Virus record (IMG/VR): IMGVR_UViG_3300046616_000431
Location: 48,363-112,362 of that record
Source of the DNA: a virus
DNA: 64,000 nucleotides
Direction: 5' to 3' (one strand)
Below the pieces are notes generated by a model, which saw nothing but the letters and a program-made list of their open reading frames with translations, searched no databases and was not told the origin of the DNA. The translations under genes were made by a program, and so were the position numbers. Below, piece by piece: positions 9,441 to 19,793 of the stretch (within the stretch, counting starts at the first letter, position 1; each line of letters opens with the position of its first letter).

Positions 9441-9869
9441 GTGAAGACTCTGGCGCTCGTAGGCGGCGACCTGGCCCCGGGTGACGGCGGGTACCGGTTC
9501 CTGACTGGTGCTCCGCGCATCCGGCAGGACCTGGCGCTCGCGCTGGCGGAGCCGTTCGGCAACGACACCTACCACCCCGAGTACGGGTCGGTGCTCAGCT
9601 CCTACATCGGCGAGCCGCTGACGGACGAGCTGCAGCTGCTCGTGCGCTCCGAGGTGGTCCGCGTGCTGCAGCAGTACGTCGCCGCTCAGCAGGCGAACAT
9701 CGCGGCCGACTCTCTGTCGGGCTCGCGGTCTCGCTACAGCTTCCAGGACGTTGTGAAGTCGGTGACGTCGATCACGACGGACATCAAGTACGACGTGCTC
9801 AAGGTCGCGGTCTCGCTGACCACCGAGTCCGGAGCGACGGTCAAGATTCTGCGGACGGTGGACGTGTAA
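9441..9869 (+). CDS. gp25/GPW-like baseplate wedge protein
   Basis: 'RIRQDL..AL.EP.G...YHPEYGSVL' typical of the gp25 family; GGAGG RBS; directly before baseplate J. Confidence 0.8.
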   Translation: MKTLALVGGDLAPGDGGYRFLTGAPRIRQDLALALAEPFGNDTYHPEYGSVLSSYIGEPLTDELQLLVRSEVVRVLQQYVAAQQANIAADSLSGSRSRYSFQDVVKSVTSITTDIKYDVLKVAVSLTTESGATVKILRTVDV

Positions 9870-11719
9870 TGGGAGTCTCTCGCGAGGACATCGTCACGCA
9901 GATGCGTGACGCGCTGCTGATCTCCGACCCGGAGGTGGACACTTCCGTCGGCACGCCGCTGCGGAAGATCCTGGACGCGGTGGCCGGGTCTCTGGCGGAC
10001 GCGTACGTCGAGAACCACTTGCTGTCGTACGCCTACGACATCGACTCGAAGATCGACGCCGACCTGGACTCGTTCACGTCGCTGTTCGGTATCTCGCGGA
10101 TCCCAGCCCGGCGCGCGATCGGCTCCGTGACGTTCTCCCGGACCGGGGACCTCACGCCGACCGTCTTCATCCCGGTCGGCACCGAGGTCGCGGCGTCCAG
10201 CGACCCGGCCCTGATCGTCCAGCTGGTCACCGGCGCGACCCTGATGCCCGGCTCGACGTCGGTCACGGTGCCGGTCCAGGCGGTCGCGGCCGGGCCGGAG
10301 GGGAACCTGGGCGCGGGCGTGGCCACGGTCATCACGTCGCCGATCCAGGGGGTCAATTCGGTGGTCAACACCGGCGCATTGACCGGTGGCACCTCCCGGG
10401 AGACGGACACCGAGCTGCGGGCGCGGTGGAAGGCCACGGTCTTCCGGTCGATGGCCGGGACCGAGCAGATGTACCTGGGCGTGGCCCTGGACGACACCGA
10501 CTGCTACGCGGCGCAGGTGGTCGGCTCGTCGAAGACGCGGTCGGAGATCCTGCAGGTGCCGGTCACCGGCAACACGGTCGCACAGATCAACGACGCGAAG
10601 TACGTCTACTCCTCGCCGGTGCAGGTGGCGAAGGCGGACGGCACGCTGCTGGTCAAGGACTACGACTACACCTGGGTGCCCAGCAATCCGCCGCAGCTCG
10701 CCGGGCTGTCGTCGTCGTTCCCGGCCGCTGGTGAGCTACTGACGGTCAACTACCAGTACCTGCCGACGGTGAGCCGGAACGACCCGGCGACGAACATCAC
10801 GAACCGGGTGGACATCTTCACCGGCGGTACCCGGGCGCAGGCGGCGCAGGCCAGCCTGATCTTCAAGAACGACAAGAAGTGGCAGACGGTCTCCACCGTC
10901 GACCTGTACACGGGAGTCTGGCTGCGCGCGGACCAGACGCGGCCGGAGGCGGGCAACGTGTTCATCCCGCTGCCGTTCGGGCCGATCCTGAGCGTGCCCA
11001 CGAACCTCACGGTCGGGGCGACCACGTACGGCCTGGCGACGGCGGCGAACCCGATGGGGACGGTCACGGGCGGCGTCACGTACGCGTATCAGATCGTCCA
11101 CGAGGACTCGGTGGACGGCTGGACACCGACGAGCCGTTTCGGCCTGGAGTGGCACCGCAACTACCTGCCCGCCAACGGCTCCTCGTTCGTGGTCGGCGGG
11201 ACCGGGAACTACACCTACAACGAGGTGCCTGCGAGCGTGCAGGACGCGGTCAATCGCTGGCGGCTGGTGGGCATTGACGCCAAGGTGCACCAGGCCAAGC
11301 AGCGCTGGCTGCGGTTTGCCCTGGGCGTGATGTACACGGCCTCCTCGACCGGGTCGGTTGCCTCGGTCCAGGACGCGATCCGTACGGCACTGAGCGACTA
11401 CCTGAACCGGATGGGGTTCAACAGCAACGTCCAGATCTCCGACGTGCTCTCGGTCATCCACCAGGTTCCCGGGGTGGACAACTGCCGCCTGCTGCACGGC
11501 GGGGACGTGACCGGCTACAGCTCGGCCAACCCGAACGCCTCCATCGTCGGCATGCAGCAGATCGCGCCGGGCAGCGCGTCGAACTCGGCCGCGCTGGCGT
11601 CGTACGTCGAGCCTGCCACCGGCCGGGCCAAGGACAACTACTTCAAGGACGACGAGCTGCCGGTCCTGGGCGCCGTCGTCTTCAAGACGCTCGCGCGCAA
11701 CAGCTTCGGGGTGCTCTGA
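9869..11719 (+). CDS. Baseplate J/gp47-family protein
   Basis: 'A.GSVTFSR','IPVGTEV','AGPEGN','GGTSRETDTELRAR' canonical baseplate J motifs. Confidence 0.9.
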   Translation: MGVSREDIVTQMRDALLISDPEVDTSVGTPLRKILDAVAGSLADAYVENHLLSYAYDIDSKIDADLDSFTSLFGISRIPARRAIGSVTFSRTGDLTPTVFIPVGTEVAASSDPALIVQLVTGATLMPGSTSVTVPVQAVAAGPEGNLGAGVATVITSPIQGVNSVVNTGALTGGTSRETDTELRARWKATVFRSMAGTEQMYLGVALDDTDCYAAQVVGSSKTRSEILQVPVTGNTVAQINDAKYVYSSPVQVAKADGTLLVKDYDYTWVPSNPPQLAGLSSSFPAAGELLTVNYQYLPTVSRNDPATNITNRVDIFTGGTRAQAAQASLIFKNDKKWQTVSTVDLYTGVWLRADQTRPEAGNVFIPLPFGPILSVPTNLTVGATTYGLATAANPMGTVTGGVTYAYQIVHEDSVDGWTPTSRFGLEWHRNYLPANGSSFVVGGTGNYTYNEVPASVQDAVNRWRLVGIDAKVHQAKQRWLRFALGVMYTASSTGSVASVQDAIRTALSDYLNRMGFNSNVQISDVLSVIHQVPGVDNCRLLHGGDVTGYSSANPNASIVGMQQIAPGSASNSAALASYVEPATGRAKDNYFKDDELPVLGAVVFKTLARNSFGVL

Positions 11720-13053
11720 TGACGACTCCCATCCACCAGGGCAGCGGTCTGTACGGCTCGGCCGTCGTCTCCGGCGGCCTGATGCCGCTGCAGGCCGACA
11801 TCACGGTGCCGCAGTCGACGGCGCTGGCCAGCGGTACCGGCATGCTGGTCGCCGACACTGCCATCACCGAGCAGCTGCGGCACTTCCCTGAGGACGTCTA
11901 CGACCTCCGGCCGACGTCGCACCTGGTGCGGCTGATGCAGGTCCTGCTCGGGGAATCCGGCGTCGGCCAGCTGCGCAAGCGTCTCCTCCTGGCCCAGCTG
12001 CAGACGCTGTCCTCGTCGGGGGCGAGATTCTTCGATCTCGACCGCTTCTACGGTGCCCTGTTCGGGGCAACTCGGGCCGACTCCGAGCAGCTGACGATCA
12101 ACCCCATGGAAACGTCGACCGCGACGGCCGCCGAGTGGGAGTCAATCGAGGCTGCCGATGCGTCATTCCGGGACCGGATGACCGCACTTGCCCAGTCAAT
12201 TGCCATGGGCGGCACCGTGCCGGGCCTGACGGCGGCGGCCGAGGCCATCACCGGCGTCGAGTGCGACGTCTTCGAGTCCTGGGCACTCCTGGACGCCACG
12301 GACGATCCCCAGGCGGCCGGGCACGACTGGACGTGGATGGAGGGCGCTGCCAGCTGGGCCGACTACGAGGGCCAGATCTGGGGCGCGCTGGAGGGGACGC
12401 CGTTCTACGGCCGCTCCGGCGTGCTGACGCGCAGCGAGCTGCTGGTCCGGGTGAACCGGGACTACCCCTCGACGCCAGAGGGCCGGTCCCAGCGCACGAG
12501 CGACGAGTGGGCGCTGGTGCGGGTGCTGGAGCGGATCAAGCCCGCGCACATCCTTCTCACGGTCGACACGCAGGGGACCTCGGCGCTGCTGCCCCGGGGT
12601 ATCGCGGCGATCAGGTCCGACAGTGAGCACTGGGAGATCGCCACCCGGGTCACGCCGGGCCAGGTCCCCCTGGGGGCAACCCCCTACCCGCTGTCGCCGC
12701 AGCAGGAGGCAGACGGCATTGACTCCGGGTCATCCCGGGTATTGCCCCGGCCTCCGCTGGTCACGAAGATCGGCGACGAGTGGGCGTACGGGTCACAGAT
12801 CCCGACGTGCCGGACGTACTCGGTCACGCCGACGGACGACGTCGACTTCACCGAGCCTGGACCGGTCCCTGACTCCGGACTTGACTCAATTGACCAGTCA
12901 GTTGTCTGGCGTGACGGGACAAGCACGGTCTACCGGGCGACGCTCGGGTCAATGGACCCGCTGCTGAGCCAGGCGGCCCGCGCGGGCGCCGACGGCGTCC
13001 TGGTGGCGAACCCGTACAGCGGCGACCGTCGGATGGTCCTGACGACCGACTGA
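11719..13053 (+). CDS. Baseplate wedge protein (gpI/gp48-like)
   Basis: Follows baseplate J; 'DASFRDR...GGT..G' and 'LERIKPAH' motifs. Confidence 0.7.
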   Translation: MTTPIHQGSGLYGSAVVSGGLMPLQADITVPQSTALASGTGMLVADTAITEQLRHFPEDVYDLRPTSHLVRLMQVLLGESGVGQLRKRLLLAQLQTLSSSGARFFDLDRFYGALFGATRADSEQLTINPMETSTATAAEWESIEAADASFRDRMTALAQSIAMGGTVPGLTAAAEAITGVECDVFESWALLDATDDPQAAGHDWTWMEGAASWADYEGQIWGALEGTPFYGRSGVLTRSELLVRVNRDYPSTPEGRSQRTSDEWALVRVLERIKPAHILLTVDTQGTSALLPRGIAAIRSDSEHWEIATRVTPGQVPLGATPYPLSPQQEADGIDSGSSRVLPRPPLVTKIGDEWAYGSQIPTCRTYSVTPTDDVDFTEPGPVPDSGLDSIDQSVVWRDGTSTVYRATLGSMDPLLSQAARAGADGVLVANPYSGDRRMVLTTD

Positions 13054-13066
13054 GCCGGGGGCTTCC

Positions 13067-13099
13067 TGTTCGCCGGGCTCTTCGTGCATCCAAGGGGCG
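13067..13099 (+). promoter_or_regulatory. Candidate late promoter (TGTTCG...AAGGGGCG)
   Basis: TGT 13067, AAGGGG 13092 (25 bp). Confidence 0.65.
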
Positions 13100-13125
13100 C
13101 AAGGAGACAACCGCGAGGGAGCCCC

Positions 13126-16100
13126 ATGGCCGACCTGTACGCCAACTACGCCGCGCTGGCCGCCGCCCGCCAGATGGGCGTGGATTACCGGCTGCTGGTC
13201 CGTACTCCGCCGGGTTCCAGGCTCGCCCATATCGCGATCCACGGCGGTGGCATCGAGCCGGGCACCACGGAGATCGCGGACTATCTCTCCGGGTCCGCCA
13301 GCCGGTTCTATTCGTTCGACGGCATGCTGGTCTCGGGCAACTCTGACCTGCACATCACCTCGACGAACTACGACGAGCCGCAGGCCCTGGAGCTGGTCGG
13401 CGCCAGCGACTACGTCATCTCCTGGCACGGCGCGGCCGGGACCGATCCGGTCACCTACATCAGCGGCCTCGACACCGACACCGGGACGCGCATCAAGGAA
13501 GCCCTGGAGCAGGCCGGGTTCACCATCGGCGCGACACCGACGGAGCTCGACGGCAGCAGCCCGACGAACATCGCCAACCGGGGCGCCCGCACGATGGGCG
13601 TCCAGATGGAACTGACGCTCGCGCTGCGCCAGTCTTTCTTCGAGGACTTCACCCGCGCGGGGCGGGACAGCGGCCCGCGTACGGCGGACTTCTACACGTA
13701 CATGACGGCGATCCGGACGGCGCTCAACGGTCTGGATGTCCCGGGCAAGGCCCTCGGGTCCGTCTGGCGTGACCGGGTTGCCCAGCCGGTCAGGGGGACG
13801 GGCTCGGCGTCGGGTGACTTCGGGATCCCGGCCCTTGCTCCGCTGACCGTGGACGGCATGCCCCTGGCCGCGCTCAAGGACGCCCTGCGGCTGCAGACGA
13901 ACACCCGCCAGGTCAGCAGCAACGGCAGCGAGCGGTTCTGGTCGAGCCCGCCCCGGCCGAACGGCAACCCGCTGCGGGAGGTCTTCGAGTTCTCGCTGGC
14001 CACGAACCGGCCGGTCAACCGGGTGGCATTCTCGCTCGCCCGCTTCCCCCAGCGGGCCTGGGTGCAGTGGCGTGACACGGACGGGGTGTGGCACCCGCTG
14101 ACACACGCCCGGACCCAGGCGCCGGTCCAGATCAGCATCATGGACTCATTGCCCGCGATCATCCCGGCGGGCGTACCGGACAACGTCAAGCTGCACCCGC
14201 AGCACTTCGGCTCCGGGCACTGGATGCCTCAGATGGTCGACGTCGTCCCGGTCAATGCCTCCCGGTTCCGGATCATCATGGCCCGGCTGCCCTCGTCATC
14301 GCGGCCGGTCAGCACGGATGGACAGCCGGTGCCGTACTCCCTGGGGGTCAAGGACGCGCAGGTCTCCTACCGGGCCGCGTCCACGGACGACCTGCCGTGG
14401 CTGCCTCAGGCGGACGCCGAGTACACGGCCGCAATTGCCGGGTCAACCGACCTGCTGGGGTCACAGATCGAGTACTCCGTGCGCCGGAACCGGGCGGCCA
14501 ACCTGCTGCCCCCGGCCAGCGGCATCTGGCGCTGCGCCCCTCAGCCGGTGCCGAACGCCGTGGTCAGCCTGCACCTTGACCTGCGGGACTCCTTCAACAA
14601 GCCCCAGGTCATTGACCGGCTGTATGTCGACCCGGTGACCTCGGGCCCGTCGGTGAACCTCTACTACACGGACCAGACGGCGATCCCGGACCGGTTCGCC
14701 CCGGCGACCACTCCGTTGACCCTGCCGCTGGTGCGGCCGTCGGCCGACTTGCCCGTGGCCGACAGCGAGGGCCTGCTGTTTGACCGGTCACGGTCCTACC
14801 TGGACGTGGACAACCGGGCCTGCCAGCTCGACCCGTCCGAGCCGTTCCTCCTGGCCATGACGGTCAACCCCCAGTTCACCTCCTCTGACCTGGGTCAATG
14901 GACGGTCATGGACACCGGTCAACTGACCGTCGGCTTCACGGATGGATCGTTCGTTGTCCGTCTCGGTGACCGCCAGATCGAGATGGACCCGGTCACGTTC
15001 GGGGTCAACGCCTCTTTCCCCGTGGCAATTGCCTACGACGGGTTCACGTTGACCGTCCGCACGCCGTGGGGGCGGAGGGAGCGACAGGACGTCCACCTCC
15101 CCTCGGATCCGCCGAGCACGCTCCGGCTCGGCGGACCTCTGTCGGGCGAGGGCGGTGCGATCCGGATCCGGAGCCTGTTCCTTGCCCGGGGCCGGGCGGC
15201 CGACATCGAGACGATCGAGGCGTACTGGCTCGCCCCGTCCGCGTACGTGCTGCCGCCGGGCCTGGACGCCGACCCGTCCCTGCATACGAGCGCCAACGCG
15301 ATCCTGCGGATGGACACCAGCCTGATCACGCCGGGGGCGGAGTCGGTGTGCCCGTGGGGGCTCATCGGGGGCCCGGCGGTCTGCCACGACTCCCAGGTCT
15401 GGACGCCGGTGCCGGGCGACTTCACCCTGCGCAAGGGGCTGCTGAAGTTCCGGCCCATCAAGGCCGCCCACGTGAAGATGGAGTTCACCAACCTGGCGCC
15501 GCTGGTGCTCACGCCGTCCCAGGCGACACCGATCGTCAAGACGAACCTGTTCCCGGCCGACTCGGGCCAGGGCAGCAGCACCGTGGCGAGCGCAAGCAGT
15601 GCGTCCGGGGCGGTCCCGACCGGGGCCCGGGTGGCTACAGAGCAGGGGTGGGCGTACCGGTACGTCGATGCCCGCAACGTGACGCCCGCCGGTTCCACGG
15701 CGGCGTTCCTGCCGACCGAGGCCCTGTACGCGCCGGACCCGCTCGACGCGCAGGTGCTGCGCCGCTCGGGCCAGCGGTTCCCGTACCAGCCGCTGCCGAG
15801 CACGACGGCGCCTCGCTTCACGAGCACGGGCGTGCACCACTACCGGGTGGCCGAGCTGGCCATGGACACCAAGGTCGGCTACACCGTGGCCCTGTCCCAG
15901 GTGCTCGCCTACTTCTCCGACCCGGTGGCGGAAAGGGATACGGAGCAGTACGTCGAGCTGTTCCACGACACGGCCTACCTGTCCGGGTACACGGAGGACG
16001 ACCCGACCGGCTGGAAGCACAGCGGGTCGGCGATGGTGACCAGCCAGCAGCCGCCGTGGCTCGGCACGAAGGTCACGTCCAAGACCTTCATCAGCAAGCG

Positions 16101-17310
16101 CCGGGTGCTTGGCGTGCAGTTCGCGGCGCAGGCGTCCGACCCAAAGCAGCTGGTGCGGGATCCGGACTTCGACGACCCGAGCCTGCACTTCTGGCGGCCG
16201 GTGGGCGACGCGGCGATCGAGTCGTCGTCGCAGTACGCGGCCTCGATCGGCCGGATGGCCAAGGTGACCCGGGGGCATGCCACGTCCTCGTGGAGCGCCC
16301 TGGAGATGCAGTTCCCGACCTGGGGTGATTTCGAGGACTCCGACCCGCTGCCCAACAGGCCGCTGTGGTGGGAGATCGAGAACGCGACCAGCGAGGCCGA
16401 CAACGGCGGTATCGAGTCTCTGCGGCCGGTCACTCCGGCGCCGGGCGGGCGGCTGTACGCGGCGGCCCGGGTGTACACCGAGGGGCCGCTGGCACAGCCC
16501 CTGCTGCTGCAGCTGGTGAACGGGGACGGCCGCATCCTGGCCGAGGCGGAGCAGGCGATCGACGCCGCCCAGGTCGTGGAGTGGTACGTCGGCGCGACGA
16601 TCCGTACGACCTCGCCGACCGGGCTGCCGACCTGGGACGCGGTGAGCAGCGCGGGCACGCTGTCCTGGAACCAGATGGAGGCCCTCGGCTCCTGGGGCGA
16701 CATCTCCCAGGACTGGGACATCGACAGCGTCTACGACGTCCGCGTCCGGGTCATCCAGCAGGGGCAGTCCGGTACCGGCCAGTGGCTGGTGGACTCGATG
16801 GCCATCTTCAACGACCCGCTGGTCTGGGAGGTCTCGCGGGACGGCGGCGTGACCTGGCACGAGATGGTCGGGATCCGGAACAACCCTCGCGGCGTGTTCC
16901 TGTTCCCGGACCTGCCGCCCGAGGACCGCACCGGCGGCACCCAGCTGCGCTGGCGCGTCACCGGCTACTCGGCCGGGCTGTCGGTGTCGTCCATGGTGCT
17001 GCGGCCCTGGTACGCCACGCTCTCGGGCGCGGTGCCGTACCTGGACACGCTGCAGGCCTCGGGGGCCGCGACGTCGCTGGCGGACTACTACCCGCCGGTG
17101 GAGTCCGACGCCTTGTTCCAGGGGTGGCAGCAGCCGATCCCGCAGGAATGGTGGCTCGCCGCCCGCCAGTGGGCCCAGCAGAACTTCCCGGCCACCGGCC
17201 CGCTGCCCGCGATCACGCTTCCGGAGACCGTGGCAGAGGGCACCGACGAGGGCAACCCCCCGTCGGCCGCGCGGCACGCCCTGCCCAACGCGTTCGTCCT
17301 CAACCGCTAA
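13126..17310 (+). CDS. Large virion structural protein with N-terminal poly-gamma-glutamate hydrolase (PghP/DUF867-like) domain and beta-rich lectin-like regions
   Basis: 'HGGGIEPGTTE','LHITST.YDEP','ISWHG','NIANRG','GVQMEL' match the PghP Zn-peptidase family; the remaining ~1190 aa is beta-rich tail protein. Confidence 0.8.
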   Translation: MADLYANYAALAAARQMGVDYRLLVRTPPGSRLAHIAIHGGGIEPGTTEIADYLSGSASRFYSFDGMLVSGNSDLHITSTNYDEPQALELVGASDYVISWHGAAGTDPVTYISGLDTDTGTRIKEALEQAGFTIGATPTELDGSSPTNIANRGARTMGVQMELTLALRQSFFEDFTRAGRDSGPRTADFYTYMTAIRTALNGLDVPGKALGSVWRDRVAQPVRGTGSASGDFGIPALAPLTVDGMPLAALKDALRLQTNTRQVSSNGSERFWSSPPRPNGNPLREVFEFSLATNRPVNRVAFSLARFPQRAWVQWRDTDGVWHPLTHARTQAPVQISIMDSLPAIIPAGVPDNVKLHPQHFGSGHWMPQMVDVVPVNASRFRIIMARLPSSSRPVSTDGQPVPYSLGVKDAQVSYRAASTDDLPWLPQADAEYTAAIAGSTDLLGSQIEYSVRRNRAANLLPPASGIWRCAPQPVPNAVVSLHLDLRDSFNKPQVIDRLYVDPVTSGPSVNLYYTDQTAIPDRFAPATTPLTLPLVRPSADLPVADSEGLLFDRSRSYLDVDNRACQLDPSEPFLLAMTVNPQFTSSDLGQWTVMDTGQLTVGFTDGSFVVRLGDRQIEMDPVTFGVNASFPVAIAYDGFTLTVRTPWGRRERQDVHLPSDPPSTLRLGGPLSGEGGAIRIRSLFLARGRAADIETIEAYWLAPSAYVLPPGLDADPSLHTSANAILRMDTSLITPGAESVCPWGLIGGPAVCHDSQVWTPVPGDFTLRKGLLKFRPIKAAHVKMEFTNLAPLVLTPSQATPIVKTNLFPADSGQGSSTVASASSASGAVPTGARVATEQGWAYRYVDARNVTPAGSTAAFLPTEALYAPDPLDAQVLRRSGQRFPYQPLPSTTAPRFTSTGVHHYRVAELAMDTKVGYTVALSQVLAYFSDPVAERDTEQYVELFHDTAYLSGYTEDDPTGWKHSGSAMVTSQQPPWLGTKVTSKTFISKRRVLGVQFAAQASDPKQLVRDPDFDDPSLHFWRPVGDAAIESSSQYAASIGRMAKVTRGHATSSWSALEMQFPTWGDFEDSDPLPNRPLWWEIENATSEADNGGIESLRPVTPAPGGRLYAAARVYTEGPLAQPLLLQLVNGDGRILAEAEQAIDAAQVVEWYVGATIRTTSPTGLPTWDAVSSAGTLSWNQMEALGSWGDISQDWDIDSVYDVRVRVIQQGQSGTGQWLVDSMAIFNDPLVWEVSRDGGVTWHEMVGIRNNPRGVFLFPDLPPEDRTGGTQLRWRVTGYSAGLSVSSMVLRPWYATLSGAVPYLDTLQASGAATSLADYYPPVESDALFQGWQQPIPQEWWLAARQWAQQNFPATGPLPAITLPETVAEGTDEGNPPSAARHALPNAFVLNR

Positions 17311-17319
17311 GGAGCACCT

Positions 17320-18099
17320 GTGCGCGCGCACTTCAACCGCCCGCTGATCGACATGATGGGCAACCAGGTCAACCAGGCCGTGGTGCGGCTGCTGGTTGCG
17401 GGCAGCACCACGGAGCTGATCTCCGCCATCGTCTACTCCGAGGCAACCGGAAGCCTGACCCGCACCAACCCGTGGAACATCACCAACGGCGAGGTCGACT
17501 TCTTCCTGGACGCTCCGGCCCGGCTGCAGCTCGGGGTCAAGGTCGGCACCGACCCGGAGGAGTTCTGGGACAACGTCGATGTGCTGGCCGTGGCCACGGA
17601 GTCGACGCACCCGGGCACCGGCACGGACTCCACGGCGATCGGCAACGGCGCGTCGGCGACCGGCGCCGGGGCCATGGCGCTCGGCGCGGGCACCCTGGCG
17701 GACGCCGACTCGGCAACCGTCATCGGCTACCAGGCGTCGGCAGCGCAGGCGGGCGCTACAGCCATCGGGGCGCAGGCGTCGGCCACGGAGCCCGGGGCGC
17801 TGGCGATAGGCCAGTCAGCGCTCGCCCAGGGGCTCCAGGCGGCAGCTCTGGGGGACGGAGCGCAGTCCTCCTGGGACCAGTCGACCGCCGTCGGCGCGGG
17901 CGCCCAGACGACCCGGCCGAACCAGGTCGTGCTCGGAACGGCCGCCGACCTGGTCGACGTCCCGGGCGCGGCGGTCCTGCACAGCCCGGACGGGACGCCG
18001 TTCGTCCTGGCCGTCACCAACGACGGCCGCCTGTACACGCAGCAGCTGGCGCCGTACGAGGCGGTCGAGCTGCCCGAGGGGCCGCCGGAAGTGCCGTGA
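17320..18099 (+). CDS. Tail fibre protein with YadA-head (Hep/Hag-like) repeats
   Basis: 14-residue 'STAIG..ASA' repeats; N-terminal domain shared with 18170 and 21117 proteins. Confidence 0.75.
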   Translation: MRAHFNRPLIDMMGNQVNQAVVRLLVAGSTTELISAIVYSEATGSLTRTNPWNITNGEVDFFLDAPARLQLGVKVGTDPEEFWDNVDVLAVATESTHPGTGTDSTAIGNGASATGAGAMALGAGTLADADSATVIGYQASAAQAGATAIGAQASATEPGALAIGQSALAQGLQAAALGDGAQSSWDQSTAVGAGAQTTRPNQVVLGTAADLVDVPGAAVLHSPDGTPFVLAVTNDGRLYTQQLAPYEAVELPEGPPEVP

Positions 18100-18120
18100 C
18101 CCACTGGGTCTCATTTTTGC

Positions 18121-18153
18121 TGTGCGCCTCCCTAGCTTCGCCCTGAAGGGGTG
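18121..18153 (+). promoter_or_regulatory. Candidate late promoter (TGTGCG...AAGGGGTG)
   Basis: TGT 18121, AAGGGG 18146 (25 bp). Confidence 0.65.
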
Positions 18154-18169
18154 ACGAGAGGGAGGCACA

Positions 18170-19783
18170 GTGTCGCGAGCACATGTCATGCGGCCGATCA
18201 TCGGCGAGAACGGCGACCTGCTGTACGGAGCCACGGTCACTGTGCGCGAGGCCGGTCTGTCGGTGAAGCTGACCCAGGCAATGTACGCCGGGCCCACGGG
18301 AACAGATCCGCTGTCGAACCCCTACGTCGCCGCAAACGGCGTGATCGACTTCTGGGTGGACGAACCGCAGCGGGTGTCCGTCCTCGTCCAGAAGGACCAG
18401 CACTCCGACATCCTGGTCTACCTCGACGCCTCGGTGCCGCCGGAGGAGACCGCCCGTACCGACACGCCGCTGCTCATCACGGGACAGCAGGTACCCGGCA
18501 ACGTGCTCATGGCGGGCGGCACCCCGGGCCAGGCGGTGTGGGGTGCGCCGCCGACGAACGCGGGCGTGACGCCGCTGGTCACGGTGATCAGTGAGTCGTT
18601 CTCGCTCGCGCGCGACCCGGCAGGCTGGACGTTCACCCAGGCCGCGAACACGACCCGCGACTACAGCGACTCCGTACCGGCGGACCAGGGCTTCGAGAAG
18701 TCGCTGCACGCCCGTCACACTGGCAACGCGGGTAGCCTCGCGGCCGTCTCGCCCGGCTTCACCCTGACCGAGCCCGGCTACGTCTCGATGTGGGTCCGTC
18801 CCAGCCTCGTCACCGGCGAGAGCGTCGTCCTCGCGGTGACCAGCCAGGCCAACGTGAAGACGACGCTGCAGACCCTGACCACGACCCGTGACTGGGGCTT
18901 CTACCGCTTCCCCGTGGCGGCCGGTACGTACAAGTCGGTCTCGGTCGAGTTCATCGGAGCCGCAGCCTTCACCGGCGGCGCGGGGCACGAGGTCTGGGTG
19001 ACCGGCGTCAAGGCCCAGTACGGCGGCCTGGTGCCGACGCACACTCACGCGGGCGCGGGCGCGGGATCGGTCCTGCTGGGCCAGTCGGCAGCGGCGGCCG
19101 GGGTCAACGCCATCGCGGTGGGCAATGCCGCCACGGCGTCCGGTGCCAACGCCGTGGCCTTCGGCAACGGCTCGAACGCCACCGCCGTGGACGCCGTCGC
19201 CGTGGGCCCCAGCGCCAAGGCGATCTCCCAGAACTCCCTCGCGGTGGGCGCGCGCGCCACCGGCTCCTCGGCCAACACGGGCTGGACCTCGGTCGGCACC
19301 GATGCGTACGTGGACACGGTGGATGGCGCGGCGGTCGGCCACAGCGCCAAGGTGTACGGCGATACCGGCGTAGCGGTCGGCTACAGCTCCTACGTCGGCC
19401 CCGGCGCAACCAACGCGGTCGCCCTGGGGAAGAACGCGCAAGCGCTGGCGCAGACCAGCCTTGCACTGGGCGCCGACTCGGTGGTGGCCGCCACGCACAG
19501 CGGCTCGGCCGCGATCGGCAACGGCGCGGCCACCAGCGCCGCTGCGCAGACCATGCTCGGCAGCGCGAACTACGCCACCCGCGCCGTCATCGCCGTCAAC
19601 CGGTTCTATGCCATGTCGGCCGTGAACCTCGGCACCGACGACACGTCCCGGCTCGGCTTCTACGGCGCCGAGGGGACCGTCAAGCCCGTCGTGACGGGCG
19701 CTGACGGCGGCAACCTCCCGCTGCGCAACCTCCTGGGCGCCCTGGCCGGGCTCAACCTGATCACCAACAACACCACCCCGTGA
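18170..19783 (+). CDS. Tail fibre protein with carbohydrate-binding-like domain and YadA-head repeats
   Basis: About 11 'A.AVG..A.A' repeats; shared N-terminal domain. Confidence 0.75.
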   Translation: MSRAHVMRPIIGENGDLLYGATVTVREAGLSVKLTQAMYAGPTGTDPLSNPYVAANGVIDFWVDEPQRVSVLVQKDQHSDILVYLDASVPPEETARTDTPLLITGQQVPGNVLMAGGTPGQAVWGAPPTNAGVTPLVTVISESFSLARDPAGWTFTQAANTTRDYSDSVPADQGFEKSLHARHTGNAGSLAAVSPGFTLTEPGYVSMWVRPSLVTGESVVLAVTSQANVKTTLQTLTTTRDWGFYRFPVAAGTYKSVSVEFIGAAAFTGGAGHEVWVTGVKAQYGGLVPTHTHAGAGAGSVLLGQSAAAAGVNAIAVGNAATASGANAVAFGNGSNATAVDAVAVGPSAKAISQNSLAVGARATGSSANTGWTSVGTDAYVDTVDGAAVGHSAKVYGDTGVAVGYSSYVGPGATNAVALGKNAQALAQTSLALGADSVVAATHSGSAAIGNGAATSAAAQTMLGSANYATRAVIAVNRFYAMSAVNLGTDDTSRLGFYGAEGTVKPVVTGADGGNLPLRNLLGALAGLNLITNNTTP

Positions 19784-19793
19784 GCGAGATGTC

